A model generated the notes under the pieces. That model did no database searches and had not been told where the DNA came from. It saw only the letters and a program-made list of their open reading frames with translations. A stretch of 64,000 nt of DNA from contig JAUCBJ010002429.1 of the NCBI GenBank assembly GCA_032718475.1, forward strand, positions 62,001 through 126,000. The letters run 5' to 3'. The translations under genes were made by a program, and so were the position numbers. This stretch comes from Nemertoderma westbladi (Eukaryota; Animalia; Xenacoelomorpha). Below are positions 33,401 through 44,574 of the stretch, in pieces. Every line of letters starts with the position of its first letter. Positions within the stretch are counted from its first letter, which is position 1.

Positions 33401-36400
33401 GAAGACACCGGAAAACAAGGTAAGTGAAAAACCCGTCTCTAGGAGAAAGGTAACACCAGTGTGTTATACAGACGACGGCGAAAGCCAGACTTCTCAAGGA
33501 GAAGATAGCGGGAAAGACACTGACAGATCTTATTATGTCAATAAAATGCCTAAAGATCAGGTAAGTAAATTCAAGTCTCGAACCAATGACAGGAGAGAAC
33601 AGGTAAGAAAAACTCCTCCTACGTCTCCCAAGAGAATTCAGGTGAGAAAGCCCGAAGAAAAAACAAGTGTGCACAATGTTACGCAAAATAAGGTAAGTAA
33701 CATCAAACCGAAATGTGCGCTATGTGATGGGACCCATCGCTTGAATATGTGTGATGAATTCCTAAAGAAATCATTAACTGAGAGACGTGAAGTCATGTGG
33801 GATAAGCGGTTGTGTTATAATTGCCTCAGACAAGGACACCAACGGCGAACCTGTTACTCTGACACAAGATGTGCCAAGTGCGGTGCGAAACATCATATCT
33901 TGTTGCACACTGAATTCGAGCGAAATAGTCCGAGTCAGGTAAGTGATTCCGAATTACATGTCCAATTCAGTGATGTGAACGACACTGATCAATCTGAGAT
34001 GGAAGGATTCTATACGGACGAGTTCTCCGACGAAAACGAATCCTGTTACACAATAAATACCACAGTGTATCGAGCACTCACGTATGAAAAGGATACGGAC
34101 AGCGACCTTACCCTAACTACTTCTGATCAACAACCATTTTGGAAAGCGCCAACTTCCAATGTAGGGATTAGAGAATTTCCTGTGGTACAGGTAAGGGTCC
34201 ACGGACCAAAAAGGAGTTATGTAGTGAACGCCCTCCTTGACTCCGGTAGTACAGGAACATTCATCGACAAAGAGCTAGCCGAGGACATATTCGCTGGACA
34301 ACCCAAGTTCCGAACTAAGCTAAACATGTCAGGAATTATGCAGGTTTGGAAATCTACAGTAACAGCGGATTATTATGTAGGTGCGTTGTCCACCCCCCAG
34401 GACGAACTAGGAGAACATAGCATAAGGTCAGTGAAAATGGTGGCTATAAAGAACTTCGCTACTACTCAAGCAGACCTTTATAATTGGGACGAGGATGAGA
34501 GCATCCAACATCTTAAGATACCTCGATTCCAGACTGATTATCCTGGAGTGCAAATACTCATCGGCCAAAACGCGCATGAGGCGCTCGAAACATTGGAGAA
34601 ACGGCCTGCTCAACCGCAGCCACTACAAACCTATGCGGTAAGAACTAGAGTAGGTTGGTACTTTACTGGCCCTTCCCGTAGAACTCTCATGGAAAGATTA
34701 CCGAAAGATCAGGTATATCAAGTGCGAGAATGGGAAGTTGAGAACAGTGAGTTCGACGATCCAACTGAGGGAACTCCATACTCCTCAGACAACGACGATA
34801 TATATCAACTTTTCGATGAGGAGAATGCCATCGATCTCCTTAAGGAAAGCGAGACTTGGCAAAATCAAGTGAACTTATGTCAACTCCTTCTCCCATCCGA
34901 GCGAGACGACTATAACGACGAGCTTAATGACGTCATTGAACGTTATAATGCCAAGACTCGGGATGAACACGCCGTAAGATTCTTTACTCAAGAGGTTGTA
35001 GAGCCCAACTCCTACGATAAGGCCCTATCGGTGGAGGAAGAAAGAGCCAAGCAGATCCAAGCGACAACTACTCGTTTTCTTAAAGATCAAGGTAGGTATG
35101 AGATCGGACTTCCTTTCCGAAAGCGAGAACCAAAGTTCATTAACAACAGACCTTTGGCGGAGAAAAGAATTGCGCAACTACATCGACGCCTTACGGCAAA
35201 TTCTTCAGCTAAAGAAATGTATCAAACGCAGTTGAAGAAGTTTATTAGCAAGGGATATGCGGAGCTAGTACCGGAAGAAACACCTATAACTGAGAGAACG
35301 TATTATTTAACTCACCATTACGTTCCCAAACCCGGTAAACCCCATGAAGTACGAGTGGTGTTTGACGGTTCCGCCCTTTATATGGGCCAATCTCTTAATT
35401 CTGAATTGTTACCCGGACCCAACTTACTCCAATCCTTGTTGGGAATACTATTAAGATTAAGACAATATTCCATTGCTTTCGCCTCAGATATAGAAGGCAT
35501 GTTCTTACAAGTCAAAGCGCTGGATAGGGATCGAGATAGTCTACGATTTTTGTGGTGGCCCGAAGGAGACCTCAATAAGAAACCGGTGGAGTACTGGATG
35601 ACCATCCAAGCTTTTGGGATAATCTCGAGCCCTTCAAACGCCTGTTCCGTGGTGCGCACTACTGCGGATGACAACAGAGACGCCTTCTCTAAAGAGGTGA
35701 TCGACAATATCAAACGAGACATCTACATGGACGATAATCTGAAGTCCCTTCCATCAGTCGAAGAAGCCATTGAGGTCGCTAAAGGAACGGTAGAATGCTT
35801 AAAGAAAGGTGGATTTCGATTAACTAAATTCACTAGCAACTCCCGTGAGTTTCTTGAGTCGATCCCGGTAGAAGATCGAGGAACAAAAGACCTAGATCTA
35901 ATAAAGGATGATCTCCCAGAAACTAAGACCCTTGGTTTGAAATGGGACACAGAAAGAGATATCCTGTTTTTCCAATTAAAACAGCGAGATAATCCAGTTC
36001 GGACTAAACGGATTTGTTTAAGTATCCTGAGCACTTATTTCGATCCATTGGGATTTATTAGCCCAGTTATATTGATTGCTCGGAGTTTAGTACAACAAAT
36101 GTGGCTTGAAAACCACTCATGGGACGATCCACTTAAGGGAGAGTTATTAAAGAAGTGGATGAAATGGGAAGATTCTCTACCAGCCATCGAAAACTTCATA
36201 ATTTCCCGTTCATATTTTGGTCATGTTCTCCCTACGTATTCATATCAACTCCATGTGTTTGGAGACGCCAGCGATATGGGAATAGGTATAGTAGCCTACC
36301 TAAGGGTGGAAACTCCGGACGGAATCAAGGTCGCCTTGGTTACCTCTAAGGCGTTGATAAACAACAAGTTGAAAGTTCCTCGAGCGGAGTTAAAAGCGGC

Positions 36401-38609
36401 TCTATACGCTACAGCCATCGGCCGGAATGTAACAGAACAGATCGACTATCCCCTGGAGAAAACTGTCTATTGGACCGACGCTTTACTCGTGTTGGAGTAT
36501 ATAACCAATGAAGTCTGTCAGTTCAGCGTCTTCGTTACCAACAGAGTAGCTATTATACTCAGTCGCACGACGATGGATCAATGGAGACATTGCCCCGGAA
36601 CGATTAATCCAGCAGACATCGCTTCCAGGGGAGCAACTCCACAAGAACTGGTAGATACTCCAGACTGGTTAGGTGGACCCGACTTCCTCTACCAAGAAGA
36701 AGAAGAATGGCCTCCTCATCTTACTACAGCAGAAATTAGACAGGCCAAGGGAGCGGAGAAAGTCAAACCTAAAACTCAGGCGAGTAAATCGTAGTTATTC
36801 AAACCCACAGTAGATCTGTCTGTACTACATACTTCCGGAGACGACGCTTTGGATCAGAAACCCACAGCCACAAATAAACCCATTGTGGAAATCCGTGATA
36901 AAGATTGGAAATCTGGCATACCAGACGTCTCGCAAGGACTCTCACCTCTTCTGCAGAGAGCGATGCATCACTACAGTTCCTGGAATCGGCTTTGTAAGGC
37001 CGTTACATATTTAAAGAGATGTTTTCACCATCACTACTCTGGGATGAAAACAAAGGGTGATACCGCTCCAATCACATCAGTGCAGGTCCATGTTATTAAA
37101 GACCTTCCCAAATATAAGGTACCCGACAAGTTTCTGAAGGAGAAGATCAGTTATCAGGAGCATGAAGAAACCAACAAACAGATGCTGAGACTCTTACAAT
37201 GCTATGAAGATTCCGATAAGTATTTCCTGTTGTTGAGAAATCCACAGATGCGCTTAAGGGATCGCTTCTCTAGCACAATGATAGATGGGTTGATACGTGT
37301 TGGAGGAAGATTAACGAACGCCCCAGTATCCTTTGACACTAAGTTCCCCATACTCATTAGAAATCTTGAAATACAAGTCAAGATGATTGTAGATGTTCAC
37401 AGCAAACTTTATCATGCTGGTAGAGAACGAGTTCTTAGCGAAATTCGAACTCGCTATTATTTTTATAAACCCCGTAGAGCTCTGAACCAAGTTCTTAGGA
37501 ACTGTATACCCTGTAGGAAATCATTCAGTAGGCCTTTAACACAGAGAGAGGCATAATTACCTAGGGAACGAGTAAGCTTTTATGAACCACCCTTTACTAA
37601 TACCGGTGTGGATTTATTTGGCCCTATTGAAGTATATCGTGCTAGGACTATAGTCAAGAGATGGTGTGTAATCTTTGTTTGTATGACTTGTAGAGCCATC
37701 CATCTCGATATGGTGAACGATTTATCTACCAACAGCTTTCTATTAAGCTTATGACGACAGATCGCTCGCTTTGGCACTAGTAACACGATGAGATCTGATA
37801 AGGGAACAAACTTCATTGGTGCCAACAATGAAATCAAAGCTTACGTCAAAGATTGGAACCAAAGACAGGTGGACGACCAACTACGAGTAACAGCGTCTAG
37901 TTGGACCTTCAACGCCGCCGACACCCCTTGGTGGGGAGGAAGTTGGGAGAGATTAATAAGAAGTGTGAAGACAGCATTTCATTTTATAGTGCCTTGCCGC
38001 GCTTATCTCACCGACGAACTTTTGCGGACGTTGATGGAAGAAATCGCCGCCTATCTCAACGAGAGACCGCTTATGCCAGTCTCATCGAGTCCCGATTCCC
38101 TGGAAGCGCTAACACCCGCGCACTTCCTACTGAAGAAACCTGTAGCCATGCTCCCACAATCGGAAATCACAGACGGAGACGAATACTGCCGACAAACTTG
38201 GCAACTCATGCAGTTGTTATCCCGTCGTTTCGCTGACCATTTCGAAAAACATTATCTGCCCACGCTACAACTTCGAACTAAGTGGTTTGCGCAGCAAGAA
38301 AACGTCAGCGCTGGAGACATGGTTCTTATTGTGGATGTGGATCTTCCACGTAAGCGGTGGCAGACAGGTCGTATAATCGAGACGCACATCTCGGATGACG
38401 GTTTGGTGCGATCGGTAGAACTCGTCGTCATGCGACGTAACTTCAAGAAACCGGGAATTGTCTTCGAGACGCAGCAGCTCAATCGCCCAGTCGGTCGTTT
38501 ATGTTTACTGGAAAGAGACAGAGAACTCTCCGGAAACTATGGGAGACAAGATACTCTTCCCACGACCATCTCCCTAATCCAACAAATATCTAGGGACTCC
38601 CCAACTTAA
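30483..38609 (+). pseudogene. BEL/Pao gag-pol polyprotein of A, single frame with three in-frame stops (36792, 37554, 37752)
   Basis: VKFNGDEMKWLPF; three knuckles CALCDGTHRLNMC, CYNCLRQGHQRRTC, CAKCGAKHHILLH; LLDSGS; IYMDD; HVFGDAS; NPADIASRG; GVDLFGP; SDKGTNF; WERLIR. ORFs at 30483, 36849 and 37788 share one frame. Confidence 0.95.
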
Positions 38610-40052
38610 CAACGGCTGGAGTGGGTGTGTGACCATATTATTTATATTTGTATTTGTTTTATTTTTATATTTATGTATGTATTATTATGTAATTTTATTT
38701 TAATCGTTTTATTTAATTTTATTTAGTAACATGTTATTTTAGCGAGTATTTAGTAGATTAGTGCAATATATATTCGCGTTTATTATTTAATTATGTATAT
38801 ATTATATATTTAGTGCGACGGCGAGAAATAATTCTTTTTCTCCTTCCTTACTGTCCGTATTATATTATAAATACGTGGCTACAGTAAGAGGAAATGTCCG
38901 TACTTATTAAAGTACAATAAAGCCACTACTATATTCAAGTATTATTGGTAGGCAGAGTATTAGGAATGCAAAGTTCAGATCCTCGTGTCTCGGCTAAACC
39001 AAGCTCTGGGTAGACCTTGGAAACGACTTGCCTCTTCACACTGACATTGCTTCGTGCGATATTGCTCTCATACCGTATATTAAATAATACATATAGTAGC
39101 GTGATGTCCCTTTAACAGTAGCGTATAACGCAAAATAAATCTGTTAAACCCTTTGACCATATGTAATTCTAGTCGATTAAGATATCGCGGCACCCACCGA
39201 TATACTTGAAAGACAAATTTCTAGAATCAATGGTTAACGTCCCCAGACAAGTTCTGGAATAAACTGGTGCCCATCCTAAATATTAATTATTAATATTTAC
39301 AAAATCTGTCAAATATCAGATCCTTTAAAATTCTAGTCGATTAAGATATCGTAGCACTTACCGATACTCTTAAAAGGACAAAATTCCTAGAATCAAGGAT
39401 CCCAGTCCCCAGACACGTTCTGGAATAAAATTGTGTCTATTTTAATATTAAATAATAAAATTTACGGGAATAAATTTAAATTCATATATTTCAATGAATT
39501 TAATAAATTGTCATTTTATACAATTTATAACATTCCCAAAATTCCATTAATTAATAGATCATGGGAGCGGAGATTCACTCTATTAAGTGTATTTGTGTGC
39601 GAGAATCTCCAATGTATAGTCAATAGCCAATAAAATTCATAGAATCATGTATAAAGGGGATATTGACCATTAAAGAATTACTATTAAATAGCATCCCAGA
39701 TCTGTATGCATGAGAATTACCCTAATTCTACCGCTAGCTTTCCATAATGTCACCATGGCAACAACCACGCTAGAATTAGAAGTGAGTTAAAAGAACAATA
39801 GAAAGCATGCCCCATTGAATAGCATAGGGAATAAATAGCGCACTGCTAGTATCCAAGGATACATAATAAATACAGTGACATTCTGGAAGGTACTGACTAA
39901 CGGACAAATGGCCCGAATGTGTGCAGTTTGTTGCAGTTGTGTTGAATTTGTGTGTTTGTAGGTGAATGTTACTACTAAGGTGTGTTTACAGTAGCGAGTC
40001 GCAATTGTGAAAGTAACCCTAACTCTCCAAGAAGAACCTGCAGTACATCTAA

Positions 40053-40209
40053 GCCTTTGGGACGGACAGTTAAGTGACTTGTGCCGGTTATCGTTGTCGT
40101 TGTGTAGCTACATCGTTGGCGAAAGCACAGCGACGACGGTACATCGGCGCTGAGGATCTTACACTGTCCGGGGGCAAAAGAGGGGTAGGCAGCGACGCCC
40201 GCTAGCCTA
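40053..40209 (+). promoter_or_regulatory. Predicted multi-stem RNA structure just upstream of ORF3 of A
   Basis: CGGACAGT(40063)/ACTGTCCG(40163-40170); 16-bp stem TATCGTTGTCGTTGTG/CACAGCGACGACGGTA with three G-U pairs; TAGGC-AGCG/CGCT-AGCCTA hairpin. Confidence 0.6.
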
Positions 40210-40252
40210 ATATATATAGACTCATTATAATATTGATAAACTCATAGCAGAT

Positions 40253-43200
40253 ATGACTGAGTTGATAGAAGATGATCTTGGCATCAGGGAGCGATATACT
40301 CTACCTTTACAAGCGTTTGTCGATAGCTTGATACGCGGCGACGCTGGTCCAACTACTACGGAGGATGATGGTCGTTATATCGAACCGCCAATGTCCCCGG
40401 AGCAACTTACGCGTGAATTGGACTATAGAAAGTTCACCGCTCGCTATACGCATCGTAATGGTACGTATATGGACTTCTTAACTACCGGCCACCCTATCGA
40501 TTTACACGATACGGACGATGTGGATACCGAAAGGGAAATGGTTTTATTTAAATATCATACCCAACGGAATCGGAACGATAAGCCAAGAATAGAACACGAG
40601 AACTCTATTCGAAACCGACTCGAAAGAGAAGACGTTGAAGAACCGGATAAACGCAACGACTTCAACGATTATCTGGAATTCTTGAGAGAAACATACCTCA
40701 ATATTGCCAGTCAACAAAATCTCGAAACTCGATATCCTCAAGGTATACATCATGATCCTATGATAGAACTCAAACGACTCTATTTCACTATGATGTATCT
40801 TACCGCCGATCGACCGCTACCTGTTGTCCCAGATAGCTTCGAACAGATGGAGGAATATTGTAAAACTGGAGAACGATCACCCGCGTTTCCTCTGCAGGAC
40901 ATGCGTCTTTGGTATTACTGTGACGAATGCCCTAGACCCAATCAGCAAACGGAAAGACATAAACATCCGCGGAGACGTTGCGCTAAACACAGTTTTACAC
41001 GATATACTTACGGGAGTTTCGAGCGAAACCTGTTCGACGTGTCCCCTGCGGTCGCTCGACTCAAGCGATCCTTGAACAAACCGATGATCAGAGTTCCGGA
41101 ATACTCGGTCAGACCTCCGCATTCCTTAGTCAGACCTCAAACTCTTGACCCTAATAGTATCACGGATCCTCCCGAACTGTACTCACTGTTCAAAGATCTA
41201 GTGTTACCCGAACAGTTGATCGGTGGCACTCCAGTAGTAGGCTCACGGGACATTCGCCAACCCTACCTAGCTGGATTGGGACGTGGTCATCTAATATCGC
41301 CGTTTAACCCATACAACCGTCCCGGCTTCACCTCTATCCAACCCGTTACGGAAGTCGAAGAGAGCGTCGTACGAAACGCATTAGACGCTATTCGGCAGAA
41401 AATCGGAAAGGGAACGTACGATTGTTTGGAGAAGCGTAAATTGCAGCAACAAGTCCAAGCGGTGAAGGAATTAGCTTTACCCCAGTTCGATAGAGAAATA
41501 CAAAATCTCGAGGAGGACATCGAACGTGGACGAACCTACTCTTTACAAGAGTTTCTAGATGAGCGTCTACAACAACAAGCGGAGGAGAATCAGCTCGAGG
41601 AGAGACATATAGAACTGGATGAGAGAGAAGAAGCGGCTTTAGCTCAACCCGAAGCGCAAATCCTTATGACGGATCTCTACTCTAAAACCATTCTTCATCC
41701 CTCGATGGTTCCCCATTTCGGAGACAAACTTTTTGCGACGGCACAACCCCAACCGGTTGATATCAACCTAAGATCTCGCGATCTTATCGCCGACGCTCCT
41801 CTGTTGCAGCGTCCGCCCATCGAATCCGCTCGTGTCGATGGTATACTCGTTGAACCTCCGGACAATAGAGCAGATCTTGTCCGTCGCATGGTACACGATG
41901 TAAACATACGCGCTAGACCTTTACCGGACTCGTTTTATGGGATCAAAGATCACCCTTATTACGTCAATCTAAAACAATATTACATGGTAAAACCGGAAGA
42001 TCCTACACATAGTCTGAAGTTTCTACCGTTAATAAATCCTCTCGATCTTGTCGAACTCGAACAACTGCAGAAACATCTGGATCAGTTAGTTAAAGTAAAC
42101 TCGTTTCGAAAACCATATAATGTTTCCAGAATAGAGAAAGAAACAATACCTCCGTATAATCTTGATGGATTCATCAAAACTCGTTTAGTGCACTGGAATC
42201 TTGATGTGTTATTCGAGGAGGAAAGAATACAACGATATGGAGATGTGGAAACATATACCACACAATATTTAAAGTATAAAGACCTGCCTAATGCTAGCGA
42301 ATGCGCTACCTTGTGGCATCCTGTGGGAATGACACTAGAAAACGCCACAAAAGAGTGGAACGAAACTCTTAACGTTATCGAGATGTATGGAGTTGTCACT
42401 TACGATAACGAAGGTAGCGTTCCGGTTGGAGAACTTGGAACTACGCGGATGATACACATACGAGGACTCGCTGGTTCTACCCACGTATTTACTCGAGCGT
42501 GTTCCGACGTTATTGATTATTCTTTTGAAACTCTTACTGAGACACAAAAGAAACTCCGACATGGACAATTTGAACTCGCGCAGCGTTACGTCACCGACAC
42601 CGAGCGCAAGCCGGCCATGGGTATCGATGGATCGATCTTACCCCAACCCGTGCTCGAGATGCTGTTTAACGAAGGAATCCTTAAAATCGGCTCAGCTGTT
42701 TATGGAGACCTACAGAACGACTTTCGGAATATGGAGAACATTCCATACCCCTTCGTTGATACTCAGCTGATTGCTCCTTGGGCAGAAGGCCAAGGTTTCT
42801 TCCGCACTATGTATGCCAATACACCCAGCGGAATTACTAAAGTACAACGAACCTCCATCGGACATCTTGCCTTTCAAGAATACGGATGGAATTTCAAGGT
42901 TGGAAATCCTATAAATTACCAACAAGTATACGGAGATCATTATTCTCGTTTATACTTTGATGGACCATTGACCGCACCTGGCGCCGTGTATAGCTTTATG
43001 AGTGTTCCACTTCGTCCCTCCTTAGCTATATACACGATCTTTGAAAACGCAGCACTTGCCGGTTGGCTAGCCGATGTGTGCAGTCGTACCATACGCGCCC
43101 ATCCCTTAATACTCGGAACCAAACTCGCCAAGTTAGATGAACACAATAAATTCATCCGCTTTGAATGTTTCAGGCGCTTTCTGACTCCGTTCCGTAACGT

Positions 43201-43921
43201 TGATAGTCAGTTCAAGGACCGCGCTCTGACCAAACTCAGCCTGAGAGACTCAGCGGCGGAGAAGCTAAACAGCGCGGGATTTGCCCTTTTTCAGGACGTT
43301 TGTATACAGAACTTGCATTCATCTGTTATACAAAGACCCCGAATACCCACGGGTTATTCTGTCGTCGAAGTTCAGACAATGGGTCCGCTTGCGGAGACCG
43401 CCGCACCTACCTCAGCTATGCAATTGGAAGACGAACCAATATGCTTAGAAGCTGAAGCGATTCAACCTACAGCGCCCCGGAGCAGCGATAATGACTACGT
43501 CTTAGAGTGGTTTCAAGGTCCACAATGTCTCACCGCATACGATTATCGACACGCTAACTATGTTTCTCGAAAACTTTGTCGATTATGCGCATCGAGAGAC
43601 CATTTCACCCCTATGGACTCAGACATACCCTGCTCCTATTTCCACGAACAACCAATGATGGAGATATATTGTGCGTATTGCAGACTTAATAACTCTCATA
43701 TTTTTGCAGTCTGCCCCCAATTTATGACTCAATGCCACCACTGTCAACTTAAAGGACATGCCAGTTATAATTGCCCCTTTAATCACGATTTAGAGAGCGT
43801 AGATGAAATGATTACCCTGCGCTACATCCGAGCTTGGGAAGCTAACGCGGATTTACATTGTGAGTCCCGTCATCGATACTACCCTGGACGCTCTTACGAG
43901 GGAGGGATCCTTATTTATTAG
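40253..43921 (+). CDS. ORF3 of A: large protein with DEDDy-fold 3'-5' exonuclease and three C-terminal CCHC zinc knuckles, 1222 aa
   Basis: VVTYDNEG; LPQPVLEMLFNEGILKIGSAVYGDL; PFVDTQ; PLRPSLAIYTIFEN; knuckles CRLCASRDH..C, CAYCRLNNSHIFAVC, CHHCQLKGHASYNC. Confidence 0.8.
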   Translation: MTELIEDDLGIRERYTLPLQAFVDSLIRGDAGPTTTEDDGRYIEPPMSPEQLTRELDYRKFTARYTHRNGTYMDFLTTGHPIDLHDTDDVDTEREMVLFKYHTQRNRNDKPRIEHENSIRNRLEREDVEEPDKRNDFNDYLEFLRETYLNIASQQNLETRYPQGIHHDPMIELKRLYFTMMYLTADRPLPVVPDSFEQMEEYCKTGERSPAFPLQDMRLWYYCDECPRPNQQTERHKHPRRRCAKHSFTRYTYGSFERNLFDVSPAVARLKRSLNKPMIRVPEYSVRPPHSLVRPQTLDPNSITDPPELYSLFKDLVLPEQLIGGTPVVGSRDIRQPYLAGLGRGHLISPFNPYNRPGFTSIQPVTEVEESVVRNALDAIRQKIGKGTYDCLEKRKLQQQVQAVKELALPQFDREIQNLEEDIERGRTYSLQEFLDERLQQQAEENQLEERHIELDEREEAALAQPEAQILMTDLYSKTILHPSMVPHFGDKLFATAQPQPVDINLRSRDLIADAPLLQRPPIESARVDGILVEPPDNRADLVRRMVHDVNIRARPLPDSFYGIKDHPYYVNLKQYYMVKPEDPTHSLKFLPLINPLDLVELEQLQKHLDQLVKVNSFRKPYNVSRIEKETIPPYNLDGFIKTRLVHWNLDVLFEEERIQRYGDVETYTTQYLKYKDLPNASECATLWHPVGMTLENATKEWNETLNVIEMYGVVTYDNEGSVPVGELGTTRMIHIRGLAGSTHVFTRACSDVIDYSFETLTETQKKLRHGQFELAQRYVTDTERKPAMGIDGSILPQPVLEMLFNEGILKIGSAVYGDLQNDFRNMENIPYPFVDTQLIAPWAEGQGFFRTMYANTPSGITKVQRTSIGHLAFQEYGWNFKVGNPINYQQVYGDHYSRLYFDGPLTAPGAVYSFMSVPLRPSLAIYTIFENAALAGWLADVCSRTIRAHPLILGTKLAKLDEHNKFIRFECFRRFLTPFRNVDSQFKDRALTKLSLRDSAAEKLNSAGFALFQDVCIQNLHSSVIQRPRIPTGYSVVEVQTMGPLAETAAPTSAMQLEDEPICLEAEAIQPTAPRSSDNDYVLEWFQGPQCLTAYDYRHANYVSRKLCRLCASRDHFTPMDSDIPCSYFHEQPMMEIYCAYCRLNNSHIFAVCPQFMTQCHHCQLKGHASYNCPFNHDLESVDEMITLRYIRAWEANADLHCESRHRYYPGRSYEGGILIY

Positions 43922-43926
43922 CGTCT

Positions 43927-44496
43927 GTGGAACAAAAAACACGCATACCGAGTTACGAGCTAATGAAGCGTGTTGGTGAGTGTATTTCCACCAAATTTGT
44001 TCGAAGATATCTTAGGAACGTCAATCCTAACGATATTACTTCATACCATTTGATCAATTATATCCGTCAAGACCCTGAGTATGGCGATTTATTTATCAAC
44101 TCGCACCCTGAGTTACAGGAAGTATCTCGACGGCCCTACGAATATCGAGCCCGAGAACGCGAGCTGGAAAGAACTATTAAACCAAGGAAGTTTCTCACCA
44201 CTCACGGTCCACCTACCGCCGTTGTCCAGACGACCCGTCAAGGACCAGTAGGAGCTGCTGTCCTAAGACGCGCCTTAAAGGCCGTTAGACCTCGCTCCGC
44301 TGAAGTTGATATCGATCAACCAGGTACCTCGACCGGCGGATACACCGATCGCAATCCGAAACCTTCTGATGCAATTGTATTGCACCCTTCACTCAGGAGT
44401 TACAGCCCTCCTAGTAAAGTGGCTCGCCCCAAAGAGAAAAGGACTCTTACTAGCCTCAAAAAACTGCGTAAACGCCGTCCACGTAAGAAAGACTAA
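43927..44496 (+). CDS. Frameshifted C-terminal continuation of A ORF3, ending in a basic NLS-like tail
   Basis: The homolog at 53936-54421 reads through this junction in one frame (RSWEGCADL...LPSYELLNRVASC). Ends KKLRKRRPRKKD. Confidence 0.75.
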   Translation: MEQKTRIPSYELMKRVGECISTKFVRRYLRNVNPNDITSYHLINYIRQDPEYGDLFINSHPELQEVSRRPYEYRARERELERTIKPRKFLTTHGPPTAVVQTTRQGPVGAAVLRRALKAVRPRSAEVDIDQPGTSTGGYTDRNPKPSDAIVLHPSLRSYSPPSKVARPKEKRTLTSLKKLRKRRPRKKD

Positions 44497-44574
44497 CTGT
44501 TTAGAGTATTTTTATATTTTAGAAACTGTGATTTGTTATATTTTATAGACTTAAATCCCATTTTCTGGGAGCGG

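Noticed and set aside
40253-43921. ORF3 as an env gene
   Set aside because: No signal peptide, TM anchor or furin site is evident in either ORF3; nuclease and knuckle motifs are present instead.
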